Assembly (NCBI GenBank): GCA_002499005.1
Contig: DAJU01000010.1
Location: 201,302-265,301, forward strand
Source of the DNA: Thaumarchaeota archaeon UBA164
Lineage (GTDB): Archaea > Thermoproteota > Nitrososphaeria > Conexivisphaerales > UBA164
Direction of reading: 5' to 3'
Length of the DNA stretch: 64,000 bases
Shown here one piece after another: positions 50,651-60,335 of this stretch. The position numbers were made by a program, and so were the translations under genes. The notes below the pieces were generated by a model that was not told where the DNA came from, did not search any database, and saw only the letters and a list, made by a program, of their open reading frames with translations. How positions within the stretch are numbered: position 1 is the first letter of the stretch; each line of letters opens with the position of its first letter.

Positions 50651-52276
50651 ATGCCGGTAATAAAGATACTTAAAAGCAGGCTTGAAAGGCTTTACCCAAA
50701 CCGGGATTATAATGAGATAATCAGCATGCTCCCCTACATAGGGCTTGATATAGAGGAGCTGGCTGACGATTACGTGAGGGTCGAATACTCGCCAAATAGG
50801 CCTGATTTTTCAACAGACGTTGGCATTGTAAAGGCCCTTAAGGGGCTGTTTGGCGATGAGCTTGGCGCTCCTGCCCGTTCCCTTGAAGATGGATCAGTTG
50901 AAGTATTCGTTGACCCTTCGGTTATACCTGTAAGGCCGTACATAGCGGCCTTTGCTGTTAATGGCCTTTCTTTGGATGAAGAAGAGATAAGGCAGCTTAT
51001 CTCGATGCAGGAGGATCTACATCATGGAGTTGGAAGAGACAGAAGAAAGGTCGCAATAGGCCTTCACCGGCTTGATGCCGTCAGACCCCCAATAACGTAC
51101 AGGGCTGTGGGCTCAGAACATGTGTTTCTCCCGCTTAACTCAGACGCTGAAATGAGCGTTGCTGAAGTGCTTGAAAGGACAGAACAAGGAAGGGTTTATG
51201 GCCAGCTGGTTGGCAAAGGGCCATATCCTGCGCTTGTGGACTCCGCGGGCTTGACTCTTTCAATACCGCCAATAATAAACTGCGATCAGACAAGGCTTAT
51301 GCCTGGGACTCAGGGGCTTTTCATTGACATAACGGGCACCGACCTGAAGTCCGTTGGGGTTGCGGCCTCAGTTATAGCCGAGACCCTCTGGGAGATGAAG
51401 GCCAAGGTAATAAAGGGCATCATAAAATACCCTGACGGGAAAACGGCTGAATACCCAGAGCTAGGTGAAAGGGTTATGCGGATAACCACAGATCAGATAT
51501 CCAAGCTTCTAGGGATTGAATTGAAGCCTGAGGAGGCTGTCCTTGCAATAAGAAAAAGCAGGCTTGACGCAAAGGCTGAGGGGCTTGAAATATACGTAAG
51601 CGTTCCGCCTTACCGGCCAGACATAATGCATCCGGTGGACCTTGTTGAGGAGGCCATGATAGGATACGGGCTGTTCAACATACGCCCTGACACTTCAATG
51701 AACATAAGGATCGGATCCCCAGCCCGATGGGCCATGGTTGAGGATGAAATAAGGGACGCGATGGTTGGCCTTGGATTTACTGAAACTTACAGCTACTCGC
51801 TTACATCCAAGGACGTGCTGTCGATGGCTGGGAAGAGGAATCCTGACGTTTATTCGGTAAGCTTTACCCGCAGCTCCGAGCATGAATCGCTGAGGGACAT
51901 GCTGCTGCCGGGATGCCTTGAAGCACTTTCGATAAATCAGGACGAGCCAATGCCTCATATGCTCTTTGAGGTCGGAAGGGCTTTTGCTCAAGGGCCAAAG
52001 GAGGAGAGAAGGCTTTGTGCGCTGATGCAGAAGGACAGAGCTACAATAACCGATATAAGGTCCCCGCTTGATCAGCTGTTCAGGCTAATCAGGGGGGAGC
52101 TCCCATCTTATGGGGAGACCGTCAGGCCCTATGCGGCTAGAGCTGCTGAAGTGCTAATTAAAGGACACGCGGTTGGAGAGGTAGGAGAGATTCACCCGGC
52201 GGTGCTTGAGGGCTTCAAGCTCAGCGTCCCCGTGGTTTACTTTGAGCTTCTTGTTGAAGAAGCATTTAAATTATAG
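50651..52276 (+). CDS. pheT: Phenylalanyl-tRNA synthetase beta subunit (archaeal type)
   Basis: PNRPD, QEDLH..GRDRRKVAIGLH, PPYRPDIMHPVDLVEE, GEIHP. Confidence 0.93.
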   Translation: MPVIKILKSRLERLYPNRDYNEIISMLPYIGLDIEELADDYVRVEYSPNRPDFSTDVGIVKALKGLFGDELGAPARSLEDGSVEVFVDPSVIPVRPYIAAFAVNGLSLDEEEIRQLISMQEDLHHGVGRDRRKVAIGLHRLDAVRPPITYRAVGSEHVFLPLNSDAEMSVAEVLERTEQGRVYGQLVGKGPYPALVDSAGLTLSIPPIINCDQTRLMPGTQGLFIDITGTDLKSVGVAASVIAETLWEMKAKVIKGIIKYPDGKTAEYPELGERVMRITTDQISKLLGIELKPEEAVLAIRKSRLDAKAEGLEIYVSVPPYRPDIMHPVDLVEEAMIGYGLFNIRPDTSMNIRIGSPARWAMVEDEIRDAMVGLGFTETYSYSLTSKDVLSMAGKRNPDVYSVSFTRSSEHESLRDMLLPGCLEALSINQDEPMPHMLFEVGRAFAQGPKEERRLCALMQKDRATITDIRSPLDQLFRLIRGELPSYGETVRPYAARAAEVLIKGHAVGEVGEIHPAVLEGFKLSVPVVYFELLVEEAFKL

Positions 52277-52321
52277 AGGCCATAAAATTTGCCGTAAATT
52301 AATGTAAAATGAGCTCTTGCG

Positions 52322-54184
52322 TCAGTAAAACTTGGGTCTTCTTGAAATGTATTTGCTTACGTACATGCGCCTCTTTGGCTTATCTCCCTGAAGCGAGCTC
52401 AGAAGTGACTTGAGCTCGTCAATCCGCATCTCTGTGGATGGCTCCTTTCCTATGACGGCCCCTATCCTGTTAACCACGTTAGCGGTTCCGTGCTCGGCCT
52501 CCTTCTCGCCAACCACTGCAAGAACCGGAACCCAGTGGCTCTTTGCTTCAGCCACCTTCTTTGAGAGCGTCATGTCCCTGTCATCTATGCCAACCCTGTA
52601 CCCTGCAGATTCAAGCTGATCGGCAACCGACTCAGCGTACTTGAGAGCCCTTTCGGATACTGGTATTACACGAACCTGCTCAGGCGAAAGCCAGAACGGC
52701 AGGAGCGGCACCTTTCCGCTCTTTTCATCCCAGGCGGCTGATTCAAGCAACGACGCCAGGGCCCTTTCTATGGAGCCAAAGCTTGACGCGTGTATGATGA
52801 ACGGCACGTGTTTCCTTTCGCCGTTTTCATCGGTAAAGGCTATGTCAAACCTCTCGCCGTTCTTTACATCCCACTGAACAGTCGAAATCTGAAGGTTGCT
52901 GCCGTCGGGGAATATCGCCTGAAACTCGTTCTTAAAGGCGTAGTAGTGCGTCATCCTGTTCATCAGCTTGAAGAACGCGGGCTTCTTTATCTCCCTGAGC
53001 AGCTCTTTGAACATGCCCTTATACCTTTCATAATATTCGTCTACTATCTCAAAGCCAAGAACCCAGTGATTCGGAGATATTATGCTGTCCATCAGCTCCT
53101 TAAACAGTGTTGTAAGCCTCCTGAACTCCTGCCTGGCCTGTTCCTCACTTGCGCAAAACGCGTGATGGTCTGTCATCAGAAATGACCTGACCCTCATGAG
53201 GCCCACGACCTCCCCGCTCTGTTCCTTCCTGAAACACTGGGCCTCTTCATAAACCTTAAACGGCATCTGCCTGTAGCTGAGGCTCACCTTCTGGACAAAC
53301 GGAAACGCCCCGGGATCGCTAGCGAACCTCAGGACCATGTTTTCTCCCTCTATCTTGTAATCCCTTTCGTGAAACTCCCCTTGGAGCATGGAGATAGCCT
53401 CAACGTCCGTCCTGTATATCAGCGGGTTCTGCATCTTTATGGCGCCCCAGCTCAGGGCTATGCTTTCTGCATAGTCAAGTATGAGGTCCCTTATTACAAC
53501 CCCATTTGGATACCACTTGAGGTGGCCCACATCGCTTTCAGGGCAGTAGTCCACAAGCTCAAGCTTTTTCATATATTTTATATGAGCTGGTTCTTCGTGA
53601 TGCTCCTTTTTGCCTATAAGCTCGTTTATAACGAACGTCCTGAGCGCGTCGTTTTCTTGAAGCGGCTTCACTTCGTTTATGTTTGAAGGAGTAACTTCGT
53701 GTTCGTCCCCGTTTTCATCTATTACAAAGAACCTGTAGAACTTTTCCTTTGGGGTGTATGCCGCCCTTCTCTTTCCCTTGTATGTCTTTAAAGTCTCTGC
53801 GAGCGGATGGCCCCTTATGCGTATTTCAAAGCTCTTTGTCCATCCAAATGGGGCCTTTTCGACGTTTAGCCCGGCATTTAAAAGCGCCTCAAAAAGAGCC
53901 CCGTAAAGCTTTTTTGCTTCGCCTGAAGGAGCCAGGTCTTCGCTTAGGTGAGCGTATGGGTAAAGCAGCACCTTTCTGTCTCCTATTGCAGCAAGGTGTT
54001 CCTTAATGTCAGAAACGACGTCGCCAAAAAAGGATTCCGAGTCCCCCTTTTCTATGGCAACAAACGCCACAAGCACGTCCCTGTACTCCTTGCTTTTGCC
54101 CTTTTCAGCTTCGTCCGCTGCGTCTATTTCCTTATCTACTGGGGTGTAGCTGAACTCCTGAGCGTCTAACAGCAGCGCCTTCAT
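52322..54184 (-). CDS. thrS: Threonyl-tRNA synthetase, archaeal type with N-terminal editing domain
   Basis: YPYAHLS, APFGWTKSF..GHPLAE editing domain; FRKEQSGE, HASSFGSIER, WLSPEQVRVIPVS. Confidence 0.94.
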   Translation of the reverse strand: MKALLLDAQEFSYTPVDKEIDAADEAEKGKSKEYRDVLVAFVAIEKGDSESFFGDVVSDIKEHLAAIGDRKVLLYPYAHLSEDLAPSGEAKKLYGALFEALLNAGLNVEKAPFGWTKSFEIRIRGHPLAETLKTYKGKRRAAYTPKEKFYRFFVIDENGDEHEVTPSNINEVKPLQENDALRTFVINELIGKKEHHEEPAHIKYMKKLELVDYCPESDVGHLKWYPNGVVIRDLILDYAESIALSWGAIKMQNPLIYRTDVEAISMLQGEFHERDYKIEGENMVLRFASDPGAFPFVQKVSLSYRQMPFKVYEEAQCFRKEQSGEVVGLMRVRSFLMTDHHAFCASEEQARQEFRRLTTLFKELMDSIISPNHWVLGFEIVDEYYERYKGMFKELLREIKKPAFFKLMNRMTHYYAFKNEFQAIFPDGSNLQISTVQWDVKNGERFDIAFTDENGERKHVPFIIHASSFGSIERALASLLESAAWDEKSGKVPLLPFWLSPEQVRVIPVSERALKYAESVADQLESAGYRVGIDDRDMTLSKKVAEAKSHWVPVLAVVGEKEAEHGTANVVNRIGAVIGKEPSTEMRIDELKSLLSSLQGDKPKRRMYVSKYISRRPKFY

Positions 54185-54284
54185 TTAATGCTTAAGGGTT
54201 ATAGGCTATCGCGTTTAAGCGTTTCCTTTATTGAGGGCAAAACAGAAGAAACACTTTTTAAAGAGAAAAGCAACCGATATATGA

Positions 54285-54373
54285 AGCCCGGTCGTCTAGG
54301 GGCCAAGGATTCCGGGCTCTGGATCCAAATGAGGGGAAACCCGGCGACGGCGGTTCGAATCCGCCCCGGGCTA
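54285..54373 (+). tRNA. tRNA-Gln(CTG) with 16-nt intron at 37/38 (54323-54338)
   Basis: AGCCCGG/CCGGGCT-A, CCGGG-CTCTGG[ATCCAAATGAGGGGAA]A-CCCGG, GGCGG-TTCGAAT-CCGCC; TTTTTAAA promoter upstream. Confidence 0.93.
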
Positions 54374-54412
54374 CTTCTGTTTTATTATTTATTTGCAGTT
54401 AGCTTCGTCTGT

Positions 54413-56437
54413 TTATTTCGGTTGACCGATGATATCGCTTCCTTTCTTTCTTGACATCGCCAAATATGATGCTATGTCTATTACCTCAAGCTTTCCATTA
54501 AGGGCAACCGTTGAAGCATCGTTGAGCATTGCGTTGCAGAACGGGCAAAGAGTTATGGCCTTGCCTGCGCCCGTGTCGTAAAGCTGCTTTGCCCTTATGT
54601 GGCTTATTCTGCTTTTTTCGTTTACTTCATACCAGTAGTTGGCACCCCCGGCTCCACAACAAAACGTGTCTCTTCCATGCCTTTCTGGCTCAACAAGCCT
54701 TGCTGCCGCATTTATCAGCTCTCTCTGAGGATTAACAACTGAGTTGTGCCTGGCGAGGTAGCATGGGTCATGAATCGTAACGGCTTCATTTGTTTTTTCC
54801 ACCGAAACCCTGCCCTCCTTAACGAGCCTATCTATTATTTCCGCGTAGTGATACACGTTAACGCCTTCCATCCATTTGTCAATGTCCTTGTATTCGTTTT
54901 TGAATGTGTTGTAGCCGTGAGGACACATAACAACTATGTTCTTTACGTTGTATTTTTTGAAAAGCTCTATGTTATTTAATGCGAAGTTCTGAAAGAGGCT
55001 CTCCTCCCCAAGCCTACGGGCCGGATCCCCACAGTCAGTCTCCTCATCTCCAAGTATAGCGTATTCGCCAAGCTCCCCCGAGTCCTTCAGCAACTCCAGG
55101 AATGACCTGACGGATCCCTTTGCCCTTTCATCAAAGCTGTTCATGCAGCCAACCCAGAGCAGGTACTTGAACCCAGATGATTCAGATGCGCGTGGAACCC
55201 CAAACTCATTTGTTATCCATGCGTTTCTGCCCTGATTCTGAATGCCAACCGAATTTCCGTACTGGTTTAAATTCATAAGAAGCCCTGACTTTTTTGAGTC
55301 AAGCTTCATGCCAAACGTAAGGCTTCTCCTGAAGTCCACTATATAGTCAACATGCCTTACGTAGACTGGGCATGCGTGCATGCATGCACCGCACGTTGTG
55401 CACCCCCATATCTCCTCTTCAGATATTGTCTGAAAGAGGTCATCTGAGAGGCTGGATATCCCCCGTTTGAGCTTTAGCGCCAGCCTTGTTGGCGACAGCT
55501 CTCTCCCGGCAGCAGTTGCCGGGCATACTTCTTCGCATCTGTTGCAACCAACACATGCCTGAGGATTAAGGGCCCCTGCCCAGTCAAGGTCCTTATAGCT
55601 CTTTAACCCTACCTTAACTTCATAGTTGCCGCTCTGCATCACGCTTTTTAGGTCAAAGGGCTTGCTCAGCTCTCCTGACGCCCTTTCCCTGGTTGAGTAG
55701 TTTAAAAGATTCAGATAGGAATGAGCAACCTCCGTATATGGCATTATCGCTATAAGAGCAAACGCGGTAAGGAAGTGTAAGTAATAAATAGCAACATACG
55801 CCTGGGTCGACAGGCTAATCCTGCCAAGAAGCTCTGCGTTTGGAAAGTACCCCAGGTAGCCTGTAAGGCCAAGAGCATAAACCCGGTAGTCCTCTATTAC
55901 CGCGCCGCTTACCGAAAGAAACATGAACCCTAACAGGTAAATCAAGTAGCTGGCCGCTTCATTCAACCTGTAGTTCTTTAGCCTGGAAAGCAGAGATAGT
56001 GCGCCCACAGCAGAGCCAACAAAAAGAATCCAAGACGTTAAATCCATGACAAACGAATAGTCCAGAAACAGCTGGCCTGAGTAAGGCCTGTAGCCAAAGA
56101 TTATCCCCAGGTACTGGTTAAGCGCGACAAGCATTGTTCCTATAAAGGAAAGGATGAGGCCGTAGATCATTAAGGCGTGTCCTACGCCATGTCTTCCCCT
56201 GGTCCTTAAAAGCCTCCGGTGCAGAGCTATGTCGTAGATATATCCGGGCCAGCGCCTGTACCCCCTTAACAGCGACAGCAAAAAGCCCCAAATGCCAACA
56301 CCATATGGCTTTACTTTGCCTCTAAGGGCAACCAGGAAGATTATAACTGAAGCTATTGCTGAAGTGTAAACTGCTACAGCCGTTATGGGCAATGGAAGCC
56401 CATAATACTCCGGGTAAACAAGCGCAGAAAGAATCAT
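54413..56437 (-). CDS. Membrane-bound Fe-S oxidoreductase (FadF/HdrD-like, likely ETF:quinone oxidoreductase)
   Basis: N-terminal TMs with His residues, two CxxCxxCxxxCP, CCG domains (HDPC, CCGAGG); downstream of etfBA. Confidence 0.85.
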   Translation of the reverse strand: MILSALVYPEYYGLPLPITAVAVYTSAIASVIIFLVALRGKVKPYGVGIWGFLLSLLRGYRRWPGYIYDIALHRRLLRTRGRHGVGHALMIYGLILSFIGTMLVALNQYLGIIFGYRPYSGQLFLDYSFVMDLTSWILFVGSAVGALSLLSRLKNYRLNEAASYLIYLLGFMFLSVSGAVIEDYRVYALGLTGYLGYFPNAELLGRISLSTQAYVAIYYLHFLTAFALIAIMPYTEVAHSYLNLLNYSTRERASGELSKPFDLKSVMQSGNYEVKVGLKSYKDLDWAGALNPQACVGCNRCEEVCPATAAGRELSPTRLALKLKRGISSLSDDLFQTISEEEIWGCTTCGACMHACPVYVRHVDYIVDFRRSLTFGMKLDSKKSGLLMNLNQYGNSVGIQNQGRNAWITNEFGVPRASESSGFKYLLWVGCMNSFDERAKGSVRSFLELLKDSGELGEYAILGDEETDCGDPARRLGEESLFQNFALNNIELFKKYNVKNIVVMCPHGYNTFKNEYKDIDKWMEGVNVYHYAEIIDRLVKEGRVSVEKTNEAVTIHDPCYLARHNSVVNPQRELINAAARLVEPERHGRDTFCCGAGGANYWYEVNEKSRISHIRAKQLYDTGAGKAITLCPFCNAMLNDASTVALNGKLEVIDIASYLAMSRKKGSDIIGQPK

Positions 56438-56438
56438 T

Positions 56439-57326
56439 TTATTTCAGCTTTTCTATTAGCTTTGGAACAACCTCGTATATGTCCCCTACTATCCCATAGT
56501 CACACTCCTGAAATATAGGCGCCGTCTTGTCCTTGTTTACCGCGATTACTACCTTTGAATCCCTCATCCCTACTATGTGCTGTATCTGACCAGAGATTCC
56601 CAGGGCCACGTAGACCCTTGGCCTGACCCTCTTGCCAGTAAGCCCGACCTGCCTGTCCTCGTCAAGCCAGTGAAGGTCTGAGCACACAGGCCTGCTTCCT
56701 GCAACCTCTGCGCCAAGAACAGACGCCAGTTGCCTGACCAGCTCAAGCCCCTCCTTCTTCCCAAGCCCTCTTCCAACAGAAACTATTATGTCAGCCTTTG
56801 TTATGTCCGCTGACGCCTTTTGCTTCCCGCTTATCTGCAGAACCCTTGAAAGCCCGCCCTTTGCTTCAACCCTTATTACCTCTGACGGAGAGCCCTGCTG
56901 TGCGGGCTGCGCAAGCCCTGTCATCACTGTGAACACCTTTGCCCCTGTCTTTTCTTCAAGGAGCGTCTTTCCACCGTAGAAGTACCTCCTGACGATGGCT
57001 CCATCCTGTTCAGGCCTGAAGTAAAATATCTCCGATTCCATTTCGGCCTTAATTAACTGGGCAGCTATGGGAGCCACCTGTCTGCCAAAGTTTGTTGCAG
57101 GAACAAAAAGGTAGTCGTGGCCGTCAAAAACAGAAACAACGGCAGAGGCAACAGCAAACGGCTCGTAAACGTCACCGTAAATTGCGTAAACCCTAGAAGC
57201 GCCATTAGATGACGCCTGCACGGCCTCCGCTTCAGGCAACGCAAGGTCAAGCTCCATTTGATCTTTCAGAAATGACATCAGCTCCTTTGCCCTCTGCGCG
57301 CTTTCAGAGTATATAAGCCCTTTCAT
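56439..57326 (-). CDS. etfA: Electron transfer flavoprotein alpha
   Basis: VSVGRG, GSRP, QVGLTGK, GISGQIQH. Confidence 0.93.
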   Translation of the reverse strand: MKGLIYSESAQRAKELMSFLKDQMELDLALPEAEAVQASSNGASRVYAIYGDVYEPFAVASAVVSVFDGHDYLFVPATNFGRQVAPIAAQLIKAEMESEIFYFRPEQDGAIVRRYFYGGKTLLEEKTGAKVFTVMTGLAQPAQQGSPSEVIRVEAKGGLSRVLQISGKQKASADITKADIIVSVGRGLGKKEGLELVRQLASVLGAEVAGSRPVCSDLHWLDEDRQVGLTGKRVRPRVYVALGISGQIQHIVGMRDSKVVIAVNKDKTAPIFQECDYGIVGDIYEVVPKLIEKLK

Positions 57327-58072
57327 TTTCCAAGCACCTGCCTTAGAACAGCGGCAACCTCCTCAACACCTTTGTTTGTGTCCTCAAAAATTATCCTTTT
57401 TCTCTGACTCATGGGAAACGTGTGGCCTAGCACCTGCAAGGTCCTGGCCGACTGAGCCTGAGCCTGTTCAACTGAAAGGGGCTTTTTGGAAGCGGCCATT
57501 ATCTGTAACAGGGTTGGTATTCTAGGCGTGTTTATTTCCTGCGCAACTGAGATCACGGCGGGCATCTCCGCCTCATATGCAACGTTATAGTCCTCGTATG
57601 AAGAAACGCCTTTTACGGTTTTCCCCTCAACTCTAAGGCTTACGGCATTGCCTATAAGAGGCCTTTTAAGCATGTACGAAACCATTGGAGGAACCTGCGC
57701 GGTGTAGCTGTCTGCAGATGAAAAGCCAAACATAAGAAGATCCCACTGCATCCTTGAAACCCTCTCCGCAAGGACTGACGCTGTCAGGCTTGGGTTATTG
57801 CCCGCATAGCCCTTTATTAGAACCCCTTCGTCCAGACCCATTGCAAGCGCCTCCTTCATTACAAGCGTTGCGGCGTCTGACCCGAAAGTTATTCCTGTTG
57901 CCCTTCCGCCATGCTTTTCCTTGAGCCTTATAGCCTCCTCAACGGCGTTCCTGCTTATGTCATCCATCTTGAGCTTAACGCCTTCAACGGTTGGGCCATG
58001 AGTCCTTGGGTCCTCCTTGACGTCCTCAGGTATTGCCTTTAAGAAGACCAAGATATTCAGCGCCACGTACAA
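57323..58072 (-). CDS. etfB: Electron transfer flavoprotein beta
   Basis: NAVEEAIRLKE, ALAMGLD, SADSYTAQV, NTPRIP. Confidence 0.92.
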   Translation of the reverse strand: MYVALNILVFLKAIPEDVKEDPRTHGPTVEGVKLKMDDISRNAVEEAIRLKEKHGGRATGITFGSDAATLVMKEALAMGLDEGVLIKGYAGNNPSLTASVLAERVSRMQWDLLMFGFSSADSYTAQVPPMVSYMLKRPLIGNAVSLRVEGKTVKGVSSYEDYNVAYEAEMPAVISVAQEINTPRIPTLLQIMAASKKPLSVEQAQAQSARTLQVLGHTFPMSQRKRIIFEDTNKGVEEVAAVLRQVLGK

Positions 58073-58158
58073 CTAATGCCCCTAATTAAATATAAAGGTT
58101 TAGAACTCAAATAAGAACAGATACAACTATAAAAATGATGTAGTTTAAATGGAAGCTA

Positions 58159-59760
58159 TTAATAGTACATTGCCTGTGGTAGCACGAACAGGTATATCAG
58201 GCCTATTACTATAAGGTACAGCAACATAATAAGCGTCCAGCCCATGTTGTGCCTTATTACCGGGCCCTCGTCCCTCAGGTATCTGGATGTCGAGACGCCA
58301 ACGCTTGCAGTCTGCGGCGCAACAGGCTTTCCTATTTCCGCGCCTACAGAGTTAAGCGATGGCAACAGATAAGGCGGGAAGCCCAGCAGTATGCCAACTG
58401 AATACTGGAGGTAGCCGAAGAGCGCGTTTGTTGAAGTGTTGCTACCTGAAAGCGCAACGCCTATCCAGCCCAGCAATGGCGCGAGAAGTATAAAGAAGTA
58501 GCCTGCTTTTGAGAAGCCGTAGGCCAGCGAGCCCGCCATGCCTGAGTAGTTGAACGTGTCAGCCAGCGCCACCATAAATATGCCGGTTAGCACGGCGCCC
58601 CAGAGCTCGTGGCCTGCCTTTCTGAAAGCCTGTGACAGCTGAGCCCCAGTTGGCCTGAGCACTGCAAGTATTATAAACCAAGATATCATTATGAAAGTGC
58701 CTCCCACAAACGGGCTGAACACGAAGGCCACATCAAATGCCTTATGGGTTATGGATGAAATCGCTTTAACAGCTGGCACAAACGGCTTATATGCCGGTAA
58801 AGGAGACCAGGGCCCCGTCCCAAGGACAACAACTATTATCAGCACTATGAATGGTGCGAAAAGCTCTAGGACCTCCCCTGCTGTGAAGCTCCTTCCGCTT
58901 GCCATGAACTCAACGCCTTCCCTTATCTTGCCGCCGGGTCCGCGTATGTGCTTCGGCTTCCAGATCCTAATGAACAGCAACAGAATTATGAATGAAACAA
59001 GTGAGCCGGCTATGTCAGGCAGGTAAGGCCCCACAAAGTTTGATACAGGGAACTGTCCTAGTATATATCCAAACGAGCCAACCAGCGCCAGCGGCCATGC
59101 CTCCTTTACTCCCTCTTTACCAGCAGTTAGGTAAATCAAAACCCACGGAGGCAGAAGCGCAAGCAACGCAACTATCCTTCCTACGCTTGCGGAAACGCCC
59201 ATAAGCGGTAGCCCTGTTACAGCGGCCAGTGTTATTACTGGCACGCCGAGCGCACCGTAGGACACTGGCGCGTTGTTGGCAAGGGCAGCAACCCTTATAG
59301 CATCAAGGTCAGCAAGGCCCAGGCCCATTAGTATTGGGGCGACAAAGGCCCACGGATAACCAAACCCAACAAGCCCTTCAAGCAACGCGCCAAAGGACCA
59401 TGCTATCAGCACAGCCTGTACCCTTATGTCCGCGGTGGCGGAATGTATTAGCCATTCCTTGAACCTTTCCATCGCCCCCGTGGCCACCATCGTCTCAAGT
59501 ATGACAAGGCCCCAGATAACTATCCAGTCTATTGCCCAGAAACCAGTTGCGGCTCCATACAGGTATGCCAAAAACAAGCTCTTTGGTGGAGCGCCCCATA
59601 GCAGTCCAAGGAAGTAAGTTACTATCGAAGCTATAAGGCCTGTCTTCCAAGCGCTTACCCTAAGCCCTGCCAGCAAGACAAATATCAGTATTATTGGTAT
59701 TAGAGATACAAGTAAAGTGAGCCCCATATTATGAAATGGATTGAGCACTTGAATGAACAT
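58159..59760 (-). CDS. L-lactate/monocarboxylate permease (LctP family)
   Basis: FGALLEGLVGFG, ANNAPVSYGALG, LSGSNTSTNALFG; probable ATG 59760. Confidence 0.88.
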   Translation of the reverse strand: MFIQVLNPFHNMGLTLLVSLIPIILIFVLLAGLRVSAWKTGLIASIVTYFLGLLWGAPPKSLFLAYLYGAATGFWAIDWIVIWGLVILETMVATGAMERFKEWLIHSATADIRVQAVLIAWSFGALLEGLVGFGYPWAFVAPILMGLGLADLDAIRVAALANNAPVSYGALGVPVITLAAVTGLPLMGVSASVGRIVALLALLPPWVLIYLTAGKEGVKEAWPLALVGSFGYILGQFPVSNFVGPYLPDIAGSLVSFIILLLFIRIWKPKHIRGPGGKIREGVEFMASGRSFTAGEVLELFAPFIVLIIVVVLGTGPWSPLPAYKPFVPAVKAISSITHKAFDVAFVFSPFVGGTFIMISWFIILAVLRPTGAQLSQAFRKAGHELWGAVLTGIFMVALADTFNYSGMAGSLAYGFSKAGYFFILLAPLLGWIGVALSGSNTSTNALFGYLQYSVGILLGFPPYLLPSLNSVGAEIGKPVAPQTASVGVSTSRYLRDEGPVIRHNMGWTLIMLLYLIVIGLIYLFVLPQAMYY

Positions 59761-59838
59761 TTGTGCAATAATAATATAATAGTAACCTCTTAATAAATCT
59801 TGCGCTTGTGAACGTCGCAAACGGCAAAACGAGTAACT

Positions 59839-59872
59839 ATTTCGAAAACAAGAGCGCAAAGCTTTTCGAAAT
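59839..59872. promoter_or_regulatory. 10-bp inverted repeat in the divergent lctP/thioesterase promoter
   Basis: ATTTCGAAAA-N14-TTTTCGAAAT. Confidence 0.5.
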
Positions 59873-59927
59873 TATTATACGTGAACCGATGCTAACGCTT
59901 TTTAATGCGCGGTGCTGAGTATAACGC

Positions 59928-60335
59928 ATGAGCTATGATGAACTTAAGAATCTACTTGAGCAGGATCCGTTCCTGAAACATGTTGGAATAAAGGTAAGGA
60001 GCATAAAAAAGGGGGAGTGCGAGGTTGAAGCAGAGCTCAGACAGGAGCTCACTAGATTCGGAGGAATGATGAATGGAGGCGCCATAGCGACGCTTGCTGA
60101 CGCCGCTGGCGGCTGCGCTGTTCTTTCACATTATATGGACAGAAATGAAGTTACCGTTGACCTTGAGATCACATATATGAGGCCCATAACCGAGGGCCCG
60201 GCAGTTGCGCACGGGAAAGTCCTGAAGGCGGGAAAAAGCCTCGCGTATGTTATAGTTGAGGTAAAAGACGGAAAAGGTGATTTGGCTGCTTTTTGCAAGG
60301 GCACGTATTTTCTTTTTGAAGGTGTTAAACCGTAG
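59928..60335 (+). CDS. PaaI-family hotdog thioesterase
   Basis: GMMNGGAIATLADAAGG, VTVDLEITYMRP. Confidence 0.88.
   Translation: MSYDELKNLLEQDPFLKHVGIKVRSIKKGECEVEAELRQELTRFGGMMNGGAIATLADAAGGCAVLSHYMDRNEVTVDLEITYMRPITEGPAVAHGKVLKAGKSLAYVIVEVKDGKGDLAAFCKGTYFLFEGVKP

Noticed and set aside
54188-54454. 88-aa ORF
   Set aside because: It spans tRNA-Gln(CTG) and is spurious
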